Positions 17,687 through 27,252 of a DNA stretch of 50,563 bases are shown piece by piece. Both the position numbers and the translations under genes were made by a program. Origin of the DNA: Elusimicrobiales bacterium (GTDB lineage: Bacteria; Elusimicrobiota; Elusimicrobia; Elusimicrobiales; UBA9959). Numbering within the stretch: position 1 is the first letter of the stretch; every line of letters starts with the position of its first letter. Location: positions 1 through 50,563 of the forward strand of contig JBMFKQ010000008.1 in NCBI GenBank assembly GCA_049972095.1, in the 5' to 3' direction. A model generated the notes under the pieces. That model was given only the letters and a program-made list of their open reading frames with translations, searched no databases and was not told the origin of the DNA.

Positions 17687-18631
17687 ATGGCAGTTTGGCT
17701 TGTTAGTGGTGGTGCTGGTTTTATAGGCTCACATATAGTTGAGGAGCTTGTAAAAAGAGGTGAGAAGGTAAGGGTTTTTGATAATTTTTCAACTGGAAAG
17801 ATTGAAAATATATCAGATTTTAAAAAAAGTATAGAGATTATAAAAGGTGATATAAGGGATTTTAAAGAGATTGAAAAAGCTGTTAGGGGAGTTGATTATC
17901 TTCTTCATCAAGCAGCAATGAGATCTGTTCCTAAGTCAGTTGATAATCCATGCGATGCAAATGATAATAATATAACAGGCACACTGAATGTGCTTCTTGC
18001 ATCAAAAAAGGCAGGTGTTAAAAAGGTTGTTTATGCATCATCTAGCTCAGTTTATGGTGATTGTAAAATATTTCCACAGAAAGAGTCGTTTGTGCCATCT
18101 CCCATATCTCCATATGCTGTATCAAAGCTTGCTGGTGAGTATTATGCTGTGATGTTTTCAAAAACCTACTCTCTTCCAACGGTTTCGCTTAGATACTTTA
18201 ATGTTTTTGGTCCTAAGCAACCCCCTGAATCTCAATATTCTAGTGTTATTCCGAAATTCATAGAAAGTGCTCTTAAAAAACAACCCCTTGAGGTTCATTG
18301 GGATGGGAGACAATCAAGGGATTTCACATATGTCAAAAATGTAGTTGATGCAAATATAATAGCAGCACTCAGCCCAAGGAGTAACGGGAAGGTTTATAAT
18401 GTCGGCTGCGGTTCAACAGTTTCGCTTCTTCAGATAATAAAAATGATAGAAAAAATTCTTGGATACAGACTTGAAAAAAGGTTTATGCCTAAAAGAGCTG
18501 GTGATGTAAGAAAAACATGGGCTGATATCTCACTTATAAAGAGGGATCTTGGCTACAAACCCACAGTTGATTTTGAGGAAGGACTTGCTAAAACAATTGA
18601 GTGGTTTAAAAAATCTTTCTCAGAGGGGTAA
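17687..18631 (+). CDS. NAD-dependent nucleotide-sugar epimerase/dehydratase (extended SDR)
   Basis: SGGAGFIGSH, ASSSSVYG, YAVSK, LRYFNVFGP, SRDFTYV. Confidence 0.92.
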   Translation: MAVWLVSGGAGFIGSHIVEELVKRGEKVRVFDNFSTGKIENISDFKKSIEIIKGDIRDFKEIEKAVRGVDYLLHQAAMRSVPKSVDNPCDANDNNITGTLNVLLASKKAGVKKVVYASSSSVYGDCKIFPQKESFVPSPISPYAVSKLAGEYYAVMFSKTYSLPTVSLRYFNVFGPKQPPESQYSSVIPKFIESALKKQPLEVHWDGRQSRDFTYVKNVVDANIIAALSPRSNGKVYNVGCGSTVSLLQIIKMIEKILGYRLEKRFMPKRAGDVRKTWADISLIKRDLGYKPTVDFEEGLAKTIEWFKKSFSEG

Positions 18632-18636
18632 TTTTT

Positions 18637-19218
18637 ATGATACATGTATCAAACATAAAGAGTCGTGGTTCAATAGAGGTTATATGTGGAAGCATGTTTT
18701 CAGGTAAAACTCAGGAGCTTATAAGAAGGTTGAAGCTTGCTATGATAGCAAAGCAGAAGGTTCAAATATTTAACTCATATCTTGATACAAGGTATGCAAA
18801 GGAACATATTGTATCGCATGATAGAATAATGCTTAAAGCCATTCCTGTAAAAACAGCTTTGGAGATATTAAAAAAGGTTGAAGAGGATACGCAGGTTGTT
18901 GGAATAGATGAGGCACATTTTTTTGATGAGAGCATAGTTTCTGTTGCAGACAAGCTTGCAAACAAAGGCAAAAGAGTCATAATAGCAGGTCTTGATATGG
19001 ATTGGAAGGGAAGGCCTTTTATGCAGGTGGCAAGGCTTATGGCTATCGCTGAGTATGTGACAAAGAATCTTGCGATATGTGTTGTGTGTGGTAATCCTGC
19101 ACATTATTCTCAAAAGATTTCAAACAGCGCTGAAAGGATTGAGGTTGGGTCTGGTGATAAGTATGAGGCAAGGTGCAGAAAATGCTTCAATCCTGATATT
19201 GTGGTTTTAAAAAAGTAG
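18637..19218 (+). CDS. tdk: thymidine kinase
   Basis: GSMFSGKT, IDEAHFF, AGLDMD, CVVCG and YEARCRKC. Confidence 0.96.
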   Translation: MIHVSNIKSRGSIEVICGSMFSGKTQELIRRLKLAMIAKQKVQIFNSYLDTRYAKEHIVSHDRIMLKAIPVKTALEILKKVEEDTQVVGIDEAHFFDESIVSVADKLANKGKRVIIAGLDMDWKGRPFMQVARLMAIAEYVTKNLAICVVCGNPAHYSQKISNSAERIEVGSGDKYEARCRKCFNPDIVVLKK

Positions 19219-19221
19219 TTT

Positions 19222-20526
19222 TTAGTTCTTGCTCCAGTTCGGTGTATAGGAGTTTGCGGTTATTTTTTTTGATAGCAGATGGGGTCTTGAACCGTCAACA
19301 TCCATTATAAATATCTGTCTTGTCCCGTTTCTTGTTGATATGAAAGCAATATACCTTGAATCTGGTGAGAATGTAGGATCTTCATTATCACCCTCGTTTC
19401 TTGTGAGTCTTTTTATAACAGATGTTGTTGGATCCATTAGAAATATGTTGAGTCTTTCATTCTTTGTTTCTCTTCCTGAAAATGCAATCCACCTTCCATC
19501 ACTAGACCATGATGGTGAATCAACCCAATAGAAATTAGTTAGTTTTCTTGTTTTTTTGGTTTGAGTGTTATATATGTAGAGCTGAGGCATACCTGCCCTG
19601 TCGCTTACAAAAGCTATTTCCTTTCCATCAGGTGAAAATGTTGGTGATGCACACACGCCGAAGTTATCAAGTATATTTTTGACCTCTTTTGTTGCAAGAT
19701 TGAGTATATAAAGCGAAGGGTCCTTTCCTCTTGAAAGTATAACAGCAAACTCTGTGCCATCAGGAGAAAACCCACCAGCAATGTTGAGACCCTGAAATTT
19801 TGAAAACAACCTTTGTCTTCCTGTTTCAGGTTCAATGTATGCCATATCAGGATTTCCATATCTATATGTCGTGAAGTATATTCGCTTTCCATCAACTGAC
19901 CATTTTGGAGCCAATGATATGCTTTTTAGATCAGTAAGTCTAACAAGATTTTCTCCATCATAATCAACTATGTATATCTCTTTATATCCAGTTGAGTTGT
20001 TGGAAAATGTTATTCTTGATGATGCAATGAATTTTTTATTTACAGTTTTCTCAATAATATCATCGCTTATGAAATGTGAGAGTCTTCTTAACTGTGAAAT
20101 CGGTGCTGTATATTTTTTAGTAGTTTTTATCTTTTGAGGTATGTTGTATATATTTGCCTCTGCTTCTATCATATCGCCTTTTACATCAACACTAATGCTG
20201 AGAAGGTAAGGATAGAAAGCCTTGTTTTTATCAATAAAATCTGAAAGATTTTCTATCCTTTGTTCAAATTCGACTACCTCTAAGTACCCTGAAAACATAA
20301 TATCTGCTCTAACAATCTCCTTGATCTCTATTTCGGTCTTTTTGTCAGATGTCGATATTATGTTGAAAAAGGCGATTTTAGGTATTTGCTGTGAGAATTT
20401 TTTTTCTATACCTATATATATCTCTGTTTCTGAAGCGCTAACTGAAAGTGTTATAGATACTAACAACAGCAGTTTAGCTGTTCTAATTAGTTTTAATATT
20501 TTTTTTGGTTTTCTTTGATATTTCAT
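19222..20526 (-). CDS. tolB: TolB (PD40 beta-propeller)
   Basis: The reverse complement from 20526 reads ATG AAA TAT CAA AGA AAA (MKYQRK), so the gene is on the minus strand despite the + label in the track. PD40 repeats PKWSVDGK, FSPDG, PTFSPDGK, PSWSSDG, PTFSPDS; KEIYIVDYDG. Confidence 0.9.
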   Translation of the reverse strand: MKYQRKPKKILKLIRTAKLLLLVSITLSVSASETEIYIGIEKKFSQQIPKIAFFNIISTSDKKTEIEIKEIVRADIMFSGYLEVVEFEQRIENLSDFIDKNKAFYPYLLSISVDVKGDMIEAEANIYNIPQKIKTTKKYTAPISQLRRLSHFISDDIIEKTVNKKFIASSRITFSNNSTGYKEIYIVDYDGENLVRLTDLKSISLAPKWSVDGKRIYFTTYRYGNPDMAYIEPETGRQRLFSKFQGLNIAGGFSPDGTEFAVILSRGKDPSLYILNLATKEVKNILDNFGVCASPTFSPDGKEIAFVSDRAGMPQLYIYNTQTKKTRKLTNFYWVDSPSWSSDGRWIAFSGRETKNERLNIFLMDPTTSVIKRLTRNEGDNEDPTFSPDSRYIAFISTRNGTRQIFIMDVDGSRPHLLSKKITANSYTPNWSKN

Positions 20527-21217
20527 TCAGCAGGTTTTTAGAGAGGTTTTTTATATATAGATCCTTTGAGCTTCTTTCAAGCTCTTTTAAGTATTGTTCT
20601 ATCTCTTTTTCTTTGGCGGGATCGTTCATATTTAAAAGGCAGATGGCATATCTGAGCTTTATTTTATCTATATCTATAAATGATGGAAACTCTGATATTA
20701 TCTTTGCATAAAATATTGCTGCCTCTCTGAAATTCTGTTCAGAGTAGAGTATATCCGCAAGATACGAGTATGCAAGATCTATGTTATTACTTTTTGGATA
20801 TTTTGATATATATTCTTTTAGAAGATCTATAGCGAGTTTGTTCCTACCTGATGAATATGCATTTGCTGCTCTAAGAAAGAGCTTTGCCTCTTTTGATGCC
20901 TCATCATCTTCTTTTGTAGATGTAATAATGCTTTTACCTAACTGATTGATTTTTCTATCAGTTATTGAGTTGTATTCATCAATCTTGCTTGAAAGATTAG
21001 ACATCTCTGATGAGAGATCTTTTGAGGTTTCTGTGAATGATATTATTGTTCTATTGACTTCATCAATTTTTGACATCAAATCTGCCTGATTCTTTTTAAG
21101 GGTGTATATATTAGAGTTTAGATCATCTATTTGACTTTGAAGGATTATCATATCCTTTTCTGTTGCAATGCATGAAGTCAAAAAGACTGTTGTAAGTAGA
21201 AAAGCTGTTTTTTTCAT
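20483..21217 (-). CDS. cpoB: CpoB/YbgF-like lipoprotein (coiled coil + TPR)
   Basis: Lipobox LTSC, N-terminal coiled coil, TPR with YISKYPKS; located between pal and tolB. Confidence 0.75.
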   Translation of the reverse strand: MKKTAFLLTTVFLTSCIATEKDMIILQSQIDDLNSNIYTLKKNQADLMSKIDEVNRTIISFTETSKDLSSEMSNLSSKIDEYNSITDRKINQLGKSIITSTKEDDEASKEAKLFLRAANAYSSGRNKLAIDLLKEYISKYPKSNNIDLAYSYLADILYSEQNFREAAIFYAKIISEFPSFIDIDKIKLRYAICLLNMNDPAKEKEIEQYLKELERSSKDLYIKNLSKNLLNEISKKTKKNIKTN

Positions 21218-21765
21218 TCGCTAACCTTTGTCTCTGCCCTTCTGTTTAAAGCCCAACACTCCTCTGTATGTTCGCTGCAGACAGGCATCTCTTCCCCATA
21301 TGAGATTGTTGCTATTTTTGATGGGTTGATGCCAAGCCTTATATAATAATCCTTAACCGTGTTTGCTCTCTTTTGACCAAGTGATAGATTATATTGTTCT
21401 GTTCCTCTCTCATCACAATGGCCTTCAATAACTATGCTAAGGTTGTTTTCCATTATTATTTTAGCGTTCTGTGAGAGTATGTCTTTTGCATCTGTTTTCA
21501 AATCATATTTGTCAAAATCAAAATAAATGGTTTTAAGACTTGCAGAAATCTTTTTTCTCACATCCGCCTCTTCATTTTCACTACTATCTCCAAATTCTGC
21601 ATCCGTTTCAGTGGTAGTTGTGGTTATAACATCTTGAGTTTGCTGTTGCTGTGATGCTTGCTGTGATGCTTGTTGTGGTTCTTTTTTAACCTGTTTTTTA
21701 ATACATGACTCTGTGGCTATCAAGACAAACAGTGTTAAAATCATGCTCAGTATCTTAGATAACAT
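21214..21765 (-). CDS. pal: peptidoglycan-associated lipoprotein Pal
   Basis: IYFDFDKYDL, IEGHCDERGTEQYNLSLGQKRA, ISYGEE, NRRAE; SD GGAGGAAGG before ATG 21765; Cys after the hydrophobic signal. Confidence 0.93.
   Translation of the reverse strand: MLSKILSMILTLFVLIATESCIKKQVKKEPQQASQQASQQQQTQDVITTTTTETDAEFGDSSENEEADVRKKISASLKTIYFDFDKYDLKTDAKDILSQNAKIIMENNLSIVIEGHCDERGTEQYNLSLGQKRANTVKDYYIRLGINPSKIATISYGEEMPVCSEHTEECWALNRRAETKVSE
21647..21670. repeat. 12-bp tandem duplication in the Pal linker
   Basis: tgctgtgatgct twice, within the QQASQQASQQQQ linker. Confidence 0.8.
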
Positions 21766-21798
21766 ACCTTCCTCCCTCTCACTCAAGCATACACTTAC

Positions 21799-21837
21799 AT
21801 TATACAAAAAATCTGACTTTTGCAATTTTGGTATAAT
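21799..21837. promoter_or_regulatory. divergent -10 elements for pal and carbamate kinase
   Basis: Minus-strand TATAAT (21804-21799) and plus-strand extended TGgTATAAT (21829-21837). Confidence 0.5.
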
Positions 21838-21895
21838 AGAATTTTAAGCAGAAAAGAGTATCTTTAGGAAAAGACTTCTTTGAATTAGAGGGTTT

Positions 21896-23002
21896 ATGAA
21901 AAAGACCATTAGAATATTTGCATTGGGTGGTAATGAGGTTTCCCCTGTTGGACTTAAGGATAAGGATGGAAAACCGCTGAACCCTGATATTCCAATGCAA
22001 TGGAGGAGAACAGCAAAAACTCTTAAAAATATTGCTGATATATTTGAAAAACACCCACAGGATTATTATGTGATAACTCATGGAAACGGACCCCAGGTTG
22101 GAAATGTTCTTTTAAGCTCAGAATATACACGGAAGTTTCTTTTTCCTATTCCACTTGATGTCTGTGTGGCAGATACTCAGGGTAGTATGGCATATATGAT
22201 AGCCCAGCTTAACAATGAGCTGAATATCAGAGGAATAGATAACATCGTTAGTGGTATAGTAACTCAGGTTGTGGTTGACCCTAATGATCCTGATTTTAAA
22301 AATCCCTCGAAGTATATCGGTCCATCATACACAAGACAGGAGGCCCAAGAAAGAATGGAAAAAGATGGATGGGTGATGAAGGTTTACAAGAGGGATGAAA
22401 GCGGAAATGAAATGTGGAGGAGGGTTGTCCCATCCCCAAAGCCGATTGATATAGTTGAGATAGATACGATTGAGGCACTCATAGAAAAAGGGATTATTCC
22501 CATAACCGTTGGGGGTGGTGGTATTCCTGTTAAAGAGGTTGTTCCTGAGATAAAGGATGGATTTGAGATTTATAGATGTAGCTATGGTATTGAGTATAAA
22601 AGACCTTACAAAGCAGATCAAAAGTTTCTGAAGATGTATAGTGGAGTTGAAGCTGTTATAGATAAGGATCTTGCAAGTGCACTTCTTGGCTCACTGCTGA
22701 TTAAAAGGGCAAAAGCAAGAGGGCAACATCTTGATGTTATGCTTACAATATTCACAGGTGAGGATGGGATAAAGATTGATTATCAAAAGCCAACTCAGAA
22801 GGATATAAGGGTTATAAGGGTGAGCGAACTTGAGGAAATCTACAATTCAATGCCTGATCAGTTTCCAGCTGGCAGCATGGGACCGAAAATAAAGGCATGC
22901 ATAGAATTTATGAAAAATGGTGGAACAAAAGCATTTATAACCAAAACTGAGCTTTTTGAGCAGACACTTGAAGGTAAAGCGGGGACCACTATTATACCAT
23001 AG
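21896..23002 (+). CDS. arcC: carbamate kinase
   Basis: ALGGN, THGNGPQVG, ADTQG, PSKYIGP, WRRVVPSPKP, GGGGIPV, VEAVIDKDLAS, GSMGPKI. Confidence 0.93.
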   Translation: MKKTIRIFALGGNEVSPVGLKDKDGKPLNPDIPMQWRRTAKTLKNIADIFEKHPQDYYVITHGNGPQVGNVLLSSEYTRKFLFPIPLDVCVADTQGSMAYMIAQLNNELNIRGIDNIVSGIVTQVVVDPNDPDFKNPSKYIGPSYTRQEAQERMEKDGWVMKVYKRDESGNEMWRRVVPSPKPIDIVEIDTIEALIEKGIIPITVGGGGIPVKEVVPEIKDGFEIYRCSYGIEYKRPYKADQKFLKMYSGVEAVIDKDLASALLGSLLIKRAKARGQHLDVMLTIFTGEDGIKIDYQKPTQKDIRVIRVSELEEIYNSMPDQFPAGSMGPKIKACIEFMKNGGTKAFITKTELFEQTLEGKAGTTIIP

Positions 23003-23017
23003 CATAAAGAGGACTGT

Positions 23018-24265
23018 ATGAAAAAAATAAGTTTTCTTAAATGTATTGGTTGTGGAAAAGAGCATGAACTTAGGGATTTGATATATACATGTGATGTCTG
23101 TGGCTCGAATCTTGAAGTAATATATGATTATGCTCTTATAAAGAAGAGATTTAAACTCAAGGACCTTGAAAATAACCGCTTCTATGATATCTGGAGATAT
23201 GTTGATCTTTTGCCTGCGGATGATCTTAATGAAATATCGCCTTTAAGGGTCGGTTATACACCACTTTATCGCTTTAAAAAACTTGCTGATGAGTATGATG
23301 TTGAGATGATCTACATAAAAGATGATTCTTTAAATCCAAGCCTTTCATCCAAGGATAGGGCAACAGCTGTTGTTTTGAAAAGAATGGTCGATGTTATTGA
23401 TGTGGGTAGAAGGTTTGTTGCATGTGTTTCACAGGGAAATATCGCAGCATCAACAGCATGCCTTGCTGCATCGGTTGGAGTTAAATCTATAATCTTTATT
23501 CCATCAAAGACTCCTGAGCCAAGACTTATTCAGGTTTTTATGTATGGAGCAGGGGTAATTAAGGTTGATGGCAGTTATGATGATGCTTATGAGCTTTGTA
23601 AACAAGCATGTGATAAGTTTGGGTGGTTTAACAGAAACTCCGCTTACAATCCTTTTACTCGTGAGGGTAAAAAGACAATTTCTTTTGAGATAGCAGAACA
23701 GCTTGAGTGGGAGGTGCCGGATGTGATTTTTGTTCCTGTTGGAAATGGAAATATAATAAGTGGTATATGGAAAGGATTTCTTGAGTTTAAGAAGATTGGT
23801 TTTATAGATAAGCTTCCAAAACTTGTTGCTGTTCAGGCTGGAGGTTCGAATGCTATTTTTAAAGCTTTATCAGAGAACAAAGAGGTTGAGAAGGTAAATG
23901 CACAAACTATATGTGTCAGCATATCTGTAAGTATGCCAAGGGATGCTATGGCTGCTATTAATGCTGTGAGGGAGTCAAATGGTTTTGTAGTAAATGTCAG
24001 CGATGATGATGTGTTGTCTGCATCACTTGAGCTTTCTACAAAAACAGGTGTTTTTGCCGAACCATCAGCAGCCAGCTCTTTTGCTGGATTTAAGAAAGCA
24101 AGATCTGAAAATAAAATTGAAAGCAACCAGAGTGTTCTTTTACTGATTAGCGGTTATGGAGTTAAGGATATGTCCGTTAAGGATAAAATGAATTTTAAAC
24201 CCGGAATCTATATAAAACCTGATATAAAAGAGTTAGAAAGATATATCACAAAGATTGTTGAATGA
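23018..24265 (+). CDS. thrC: threonine synthase-like PLP-dependent enzyme
   Basis: N-terminal CxxC...CxxC, GYTPL, NPSLSSKDR (PLP lysine), EGKKT, VPVGNG, FAEPSAA. Confidence 0.8.
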   Translation: MKKISFLKCIGCGKEHELRDLIYTCDVCGSNLEVIYDYALIKKRFKLKDLENNRFYDIWRYVDLLPADDLNEISPLRVGYTPLYRFKKLADEYDVEMIYIKDDSLNPSLSSKDRATAVVLKRMVDVIDVGRRFVACVSQGNIAASTACLAASVGVKSIIFIPSKTPEPRLIQVFMYGAGVIKVDGSYDDAYELCKQACDKFGWFNRNSAYNPFTREGKKTISFEIAEQLEWEVPDVIFVPVGNGNIISGIWKGFLEFKKIGFIDKLPKLVAVQAGGSNAIFKALSENKEVEKVNAQTICVSISVSMPRDAMAAINAVRESNGFVVNVSDDDVLSASLELSTKTGVFAEPSAASSFAGFKKARSENKIESNQSVLLLISGYGVKDMSVKDKMNFKPGIYIKPDIKELERYITKIVE

Positions 24266-26343
24266 TAAAAAGCTCTACGGATGTTAAATACCTCAAAGGT
24301 GTTGGGCCAAAAAGATCCGAAATCCTGTTAAGGCTTGGTATAAATAATCTTAGAGATCTCATATTTTATTTTCCAAGGTCCTACCGAGATTATAGAACAC
24401 AAAAGGAGTTTGATGAACTTATTGAAGCTGTAAATAGTGTTTTTGGTGAGGTTATTGATTATTATGAACAGTATACATCCACATCACTGAGGATTTTCAA
24501 AATAATTATCAAAACAGCAGATGGAAGAATGGTTGAGGTTAATGTTTTTAAAAAGGCAAGCTTGAGGTTTGATGTTTTTGCTTCCATTAAAAAGAAGATA
24601 GGCAGGGGAAAAAAAATTTTTGTTGTAGCAAGAAGCTCTGATATCTTTTTCCCTCACAGGCTTGATGCTGATGAAATATTTTTTGAGTGTGATGCTGATT
24701 TTAATCTAACTGTGGAAAGGATAGTTCCCGTTTATTCTCTTACATCCGGTATTGATAATCGAACTTTTAGAATGATGATGAGAAGATGCCTTGATCTTAA
24801 AACAGAGATTGAGCGAGAAATACTACCTCGTAGCATAATCAACAAAAGGGGACTTTATGATAGATATACTGCCCTTGAAATGATACATTTTCCATCAGGT
24901 TTGTTTGAGCTCAAAAAAGCAAGGGAGAGGTTTATATATGAGGAGCTTTTCTTGATGGCTGTTGCGTGGGCTTTAAAGAAAAAACAATCTCTTGAGATTA
25001 AAAAACCCCAGAGGTATGAGGTAAAAAGAACACTTCTTACGCCCTTTAAAAACAGGCTTGGCTTTGAATTTACTCCTTCACAGAAAAAAGCAATTAATGA
25101 GATATTTTCGGATATGATGAGTCCAAATCCAATGAACAGACTCCTTCAAGGGGATGTTGGAAGTGGCAAGACTGTTGTAGCGCTTTGCGCCTGCCTGCTT
25201 GCTGCTGAAAATGGTCATCAATCATGTTTTATTGCACCAACAGAAATACTTGCTGAACAACATTATTATACATTTAAAAAATTTCTTCAAGGTCTTGATG
25301 TAAGGGTTGAGCTTTTAACCTCATCAACCCCTAAAAAGAAGCGCAAGCAGATATATGAGCAACTGTTGTTGGGGGGGATTGATATAATTGTAGCAACTCA
25401 CTCCGTGCTTGAAGGTGAGGTAAGGTTTAAAGATCTTACACTTGCAGTTATTGATGAACAGCATAGATTTGGGGTAAGACAAAGGGCGACTGTTAGAAAA
25501 AAGGGTGAGAGTGTTGATATGCTTGTTATGACTGCAACTCCAATTCCAAGAACACTTTTTCTTGCACTTTATGGAGATCTTGATCTTTCAACTCTTACCG
25601 ACATGCCACCTGGAAGGAAAAAAGTATTTACAGCTCATGTCAGTGAATCAGAGGCTTTTGAAAAGGCTAAAAAGCTTTTAAATGATGGTGATAGTGTATA
25701 TATAGTCTTTCCTGTAATAGAGGAATCAAAAGATCCTGATGTTAGATCTTTGATTAAAGAGTATGAGAGAATAAAAAGGGAGTTTTCAGGCTTCAATACT
25801 GCACTTCTTCACGGCGGCATGAAATCATTAGAAAAGCAAAAGATAATGAGGGATTTTTATGAAAGAAAAATACAGATCCTATGCTCTACTACTGTGATAG
25901 AGGTTGGTATTGATGTGCCACATGCTAATATTATGATAATAGAAAATGCTGAAAGGTTTGGGCTTGCCTCTCTGCACCAGTTGAGAGGCAGGATAGGAAG
26001 AGGCAGTAGGTATGGCTATTGTTTTCTTGTAAGCAGTGTTAAAAGTGCTGATGGATATGAAAGGATAAAGGCTATGTGTGAGACATCAAATGGATTTGAG
26101 CTCAGTGAAAAGGATGCTTATATAAGGGGTGTTGGTGAGGTTCTTGGAACACGACAGCACGGTGATATGGAGTTAAAGATAGCCTGTGTTTATAGGGATA
26201 GGGCTGTGCTTTCAAATGTGTTTGAAGATAGAGATGAAATAATAAGAGATGATCCTTATCTCTTAAAACCTCAACACTCTGAACTTAGGAAAGAGCTTAT
26301 TGAGATATATGGTAAAAAGTGGAATATAATAGACCTAAACTAA
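24262..26343 (+). CDS. recG: ATP-dependent DNA helicase RecG
   Basis: LKGVGPK, RLLQGDVGSGKT, IDEQHRFGVRQR, MTATPIPRTL, LHQLRGRIGRG. Confidence 0.96.
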   Translation: MIKSSTDVKYLKGVGPKRSEILLRLGINNLRDLIFYFPRSYRDYRTQKEFDELIEAVNSVFGEVIDYYEQYTSTSLRIFKIIIKTADGRMVEVNVFKKASLRFDVFASIKKKIGRGKKIFVVARSSDIFFPHRLDADEIFFECDADFNLTVERIVPVYSLTSGIDNRTFRMMMRRCLDLKTEIEREILPRSIINKRGLYDRYTALEMIHFPSGLFELKKARERFIYEELFLMAVAWALKKKQSLEIKKPQRYEVKRTLLTPFKNRLGFEFTPSQKKAINEIFSDMMSPNPMNRLLQGDVGSGKTVVALCACLLAAENGHQSCFIAPTEILAEQHYYTFKKFLQGLDVRVELLTSSTPKKKRKQIYEQLLLGGIDIIVATHSVLEGEVRFKDLTLAVIDEQHRFGVRQRATVRKKGESVDMLVMTATPIPRTLFLALYGDLDLSTLTDMPPGRKKVFTAHVSESEAFEKAKKLLNDGDSVYIVFPVIEESKDPDVRSLIKEYERIKREFSGFNTALLHGGMKSLEKQKIMRDFYERKIQILCSTTVIEVGIDVPHANIMIIENAERFGLASLHQLRGRIGRGSRYGYCFLVSSVKSADGYERIKAMCETSNGFELSEKDAYIRGVGEVLGTRQHGDMELKIACVYRDRAVLSNVFEDRDEIIRDDPYLLKPQHSELRKELIEIYGKKWNIIDLN

Positions 26344-26345
26344 AA

Positions 26346-27059
26346 ATGCCAAAACTAACACTTAAACTCTGGAATAGAATAAATAAGTTTATTGATGATT
26401 ACAAGCTTTTAAATAAAAAAAGTAGAATTCTTCTTGCAGTTTCTGGTGGTCCTGATTCAATGATGCTGCTTCATTTTTTCCATAAAGCAAGGGATAATTA
26501 TTTTGCGGTTTTTCATCTTAACCATATGATACGCAAAGAATCTGAAAAAGATGAGAAGATAATTTTTGATTATTGTGAGAGAAACTCATTGGATTTTGCC
26601 ATTGAAAGAATTGATATTAAAAGAATGGCAAATAAAGAGAAGAAAAATCTTGAGGCATATGCAAGGGATATTAGATATAAGATGTTTGAAAGATATGCAA
26701 GGAAATTTAAGTGTGATATTATAGCAACTGCTCACAATGCTGATGAGAATGTAGAGACAGTGCTTTTAAATCTTTTTCGTGGCACAGATCCTCTATCTCT
26801 TTGTGGTATACCTGTTAAAAGAAGGCTTGGTAGTTTTTATGTTATAAGGCCGCTTTTGTGTATTAGAAAAAATGAGATACTTTGTTATCTTGAGGAAAAC
26901 AAAATAAGATATGCAGTTGATAAAACAAACTTTGACACATACTACACAAGAAACTGGCTAAGACATAAGATAATACCTGATATAGAGAAGAGATATAGTG
27001 GTTTTAGCCAAAGGATTGTTAAGATGTGTGAAAAACTCAAAAAAATAATAGGGATGTAA
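26346..27059 (+). CDS. tilS: tRNA(Ile)-lysidine synthase, short form
   Basis: AVSGGPDS, HLNHMIR, EAYARDIRY, TAHNADE, IRPLL, TRNWLRH. Alternative start 26319. Confidence 0.88.
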   Translation: MPKLTLKLWNRINKFIDDYKLLNKKSRILLAVSGGPDSMMLLHFFHKARDNYFAVFHLNHMIRKESEKDEKIIFDYCERNSLDFAIERIDIKRMANKEKKNLEAYARDIRYKMFERYARKFKCDIIATAHNADENVETVLLNLFRGTDPLSLCGIPVKRRLGSFYVIRPLLCIRKNEILCYLEENKIRYAVDKTNFDTYYTRNWLRHKIIPDIEKRYSGFSQRIVKMCEKLKKIIGM

Positions 27060-27073
27060 AATGCATGTTGAAA

Positions 27074-27187
27074 AGTTTCTCTTTGATGTTAGGAAAAAAG
27101 GATAACTTTCTATGGACTTGATCCTTTCAAATCCCTAAGGGAATAAAAATCCTTTTTGGAGTTTAAGAGGTATAGATCAAAGAAACT
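27074..27187. other. structured intergenic element (nested stems) upstream of alaS
   Basis: agtttctctttgat / atcaaagaaact (12 bp, 2-nt bulge); aaaaaggat / atccttttt (9 bp); inner hairpins ttga/tcaa and tccc/ggga. Confidence 0.45.
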
Positions 27188-27252
27188 GAAGTTGTGAGTT
27201 AAAGTCAGTAGGCTCGGCTAATTTGATAAAATAATTTAAATGAGAGGGATAT

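Noticed and set aside
19222..20526. Track label of + strand for the 434-aa TolB ORF
   Set aside because: The listed protein is obtained only from the reverse complement (ATG at 20526, TAA at 19224-19222).
25371..25377. G7 tract in recG, and other G6 or A7-A8 runs, as phase-variation sites
   Set aside because: The runs are short, the reading frames are intact, and A-runs are expected at this composition.
27060..27252. T-box riboswitch or Ala attenuator before alaS
   Set aside because: No GGTGGNACC T-box motif or terminator U-tract, and the short ORF has no Ala codons.
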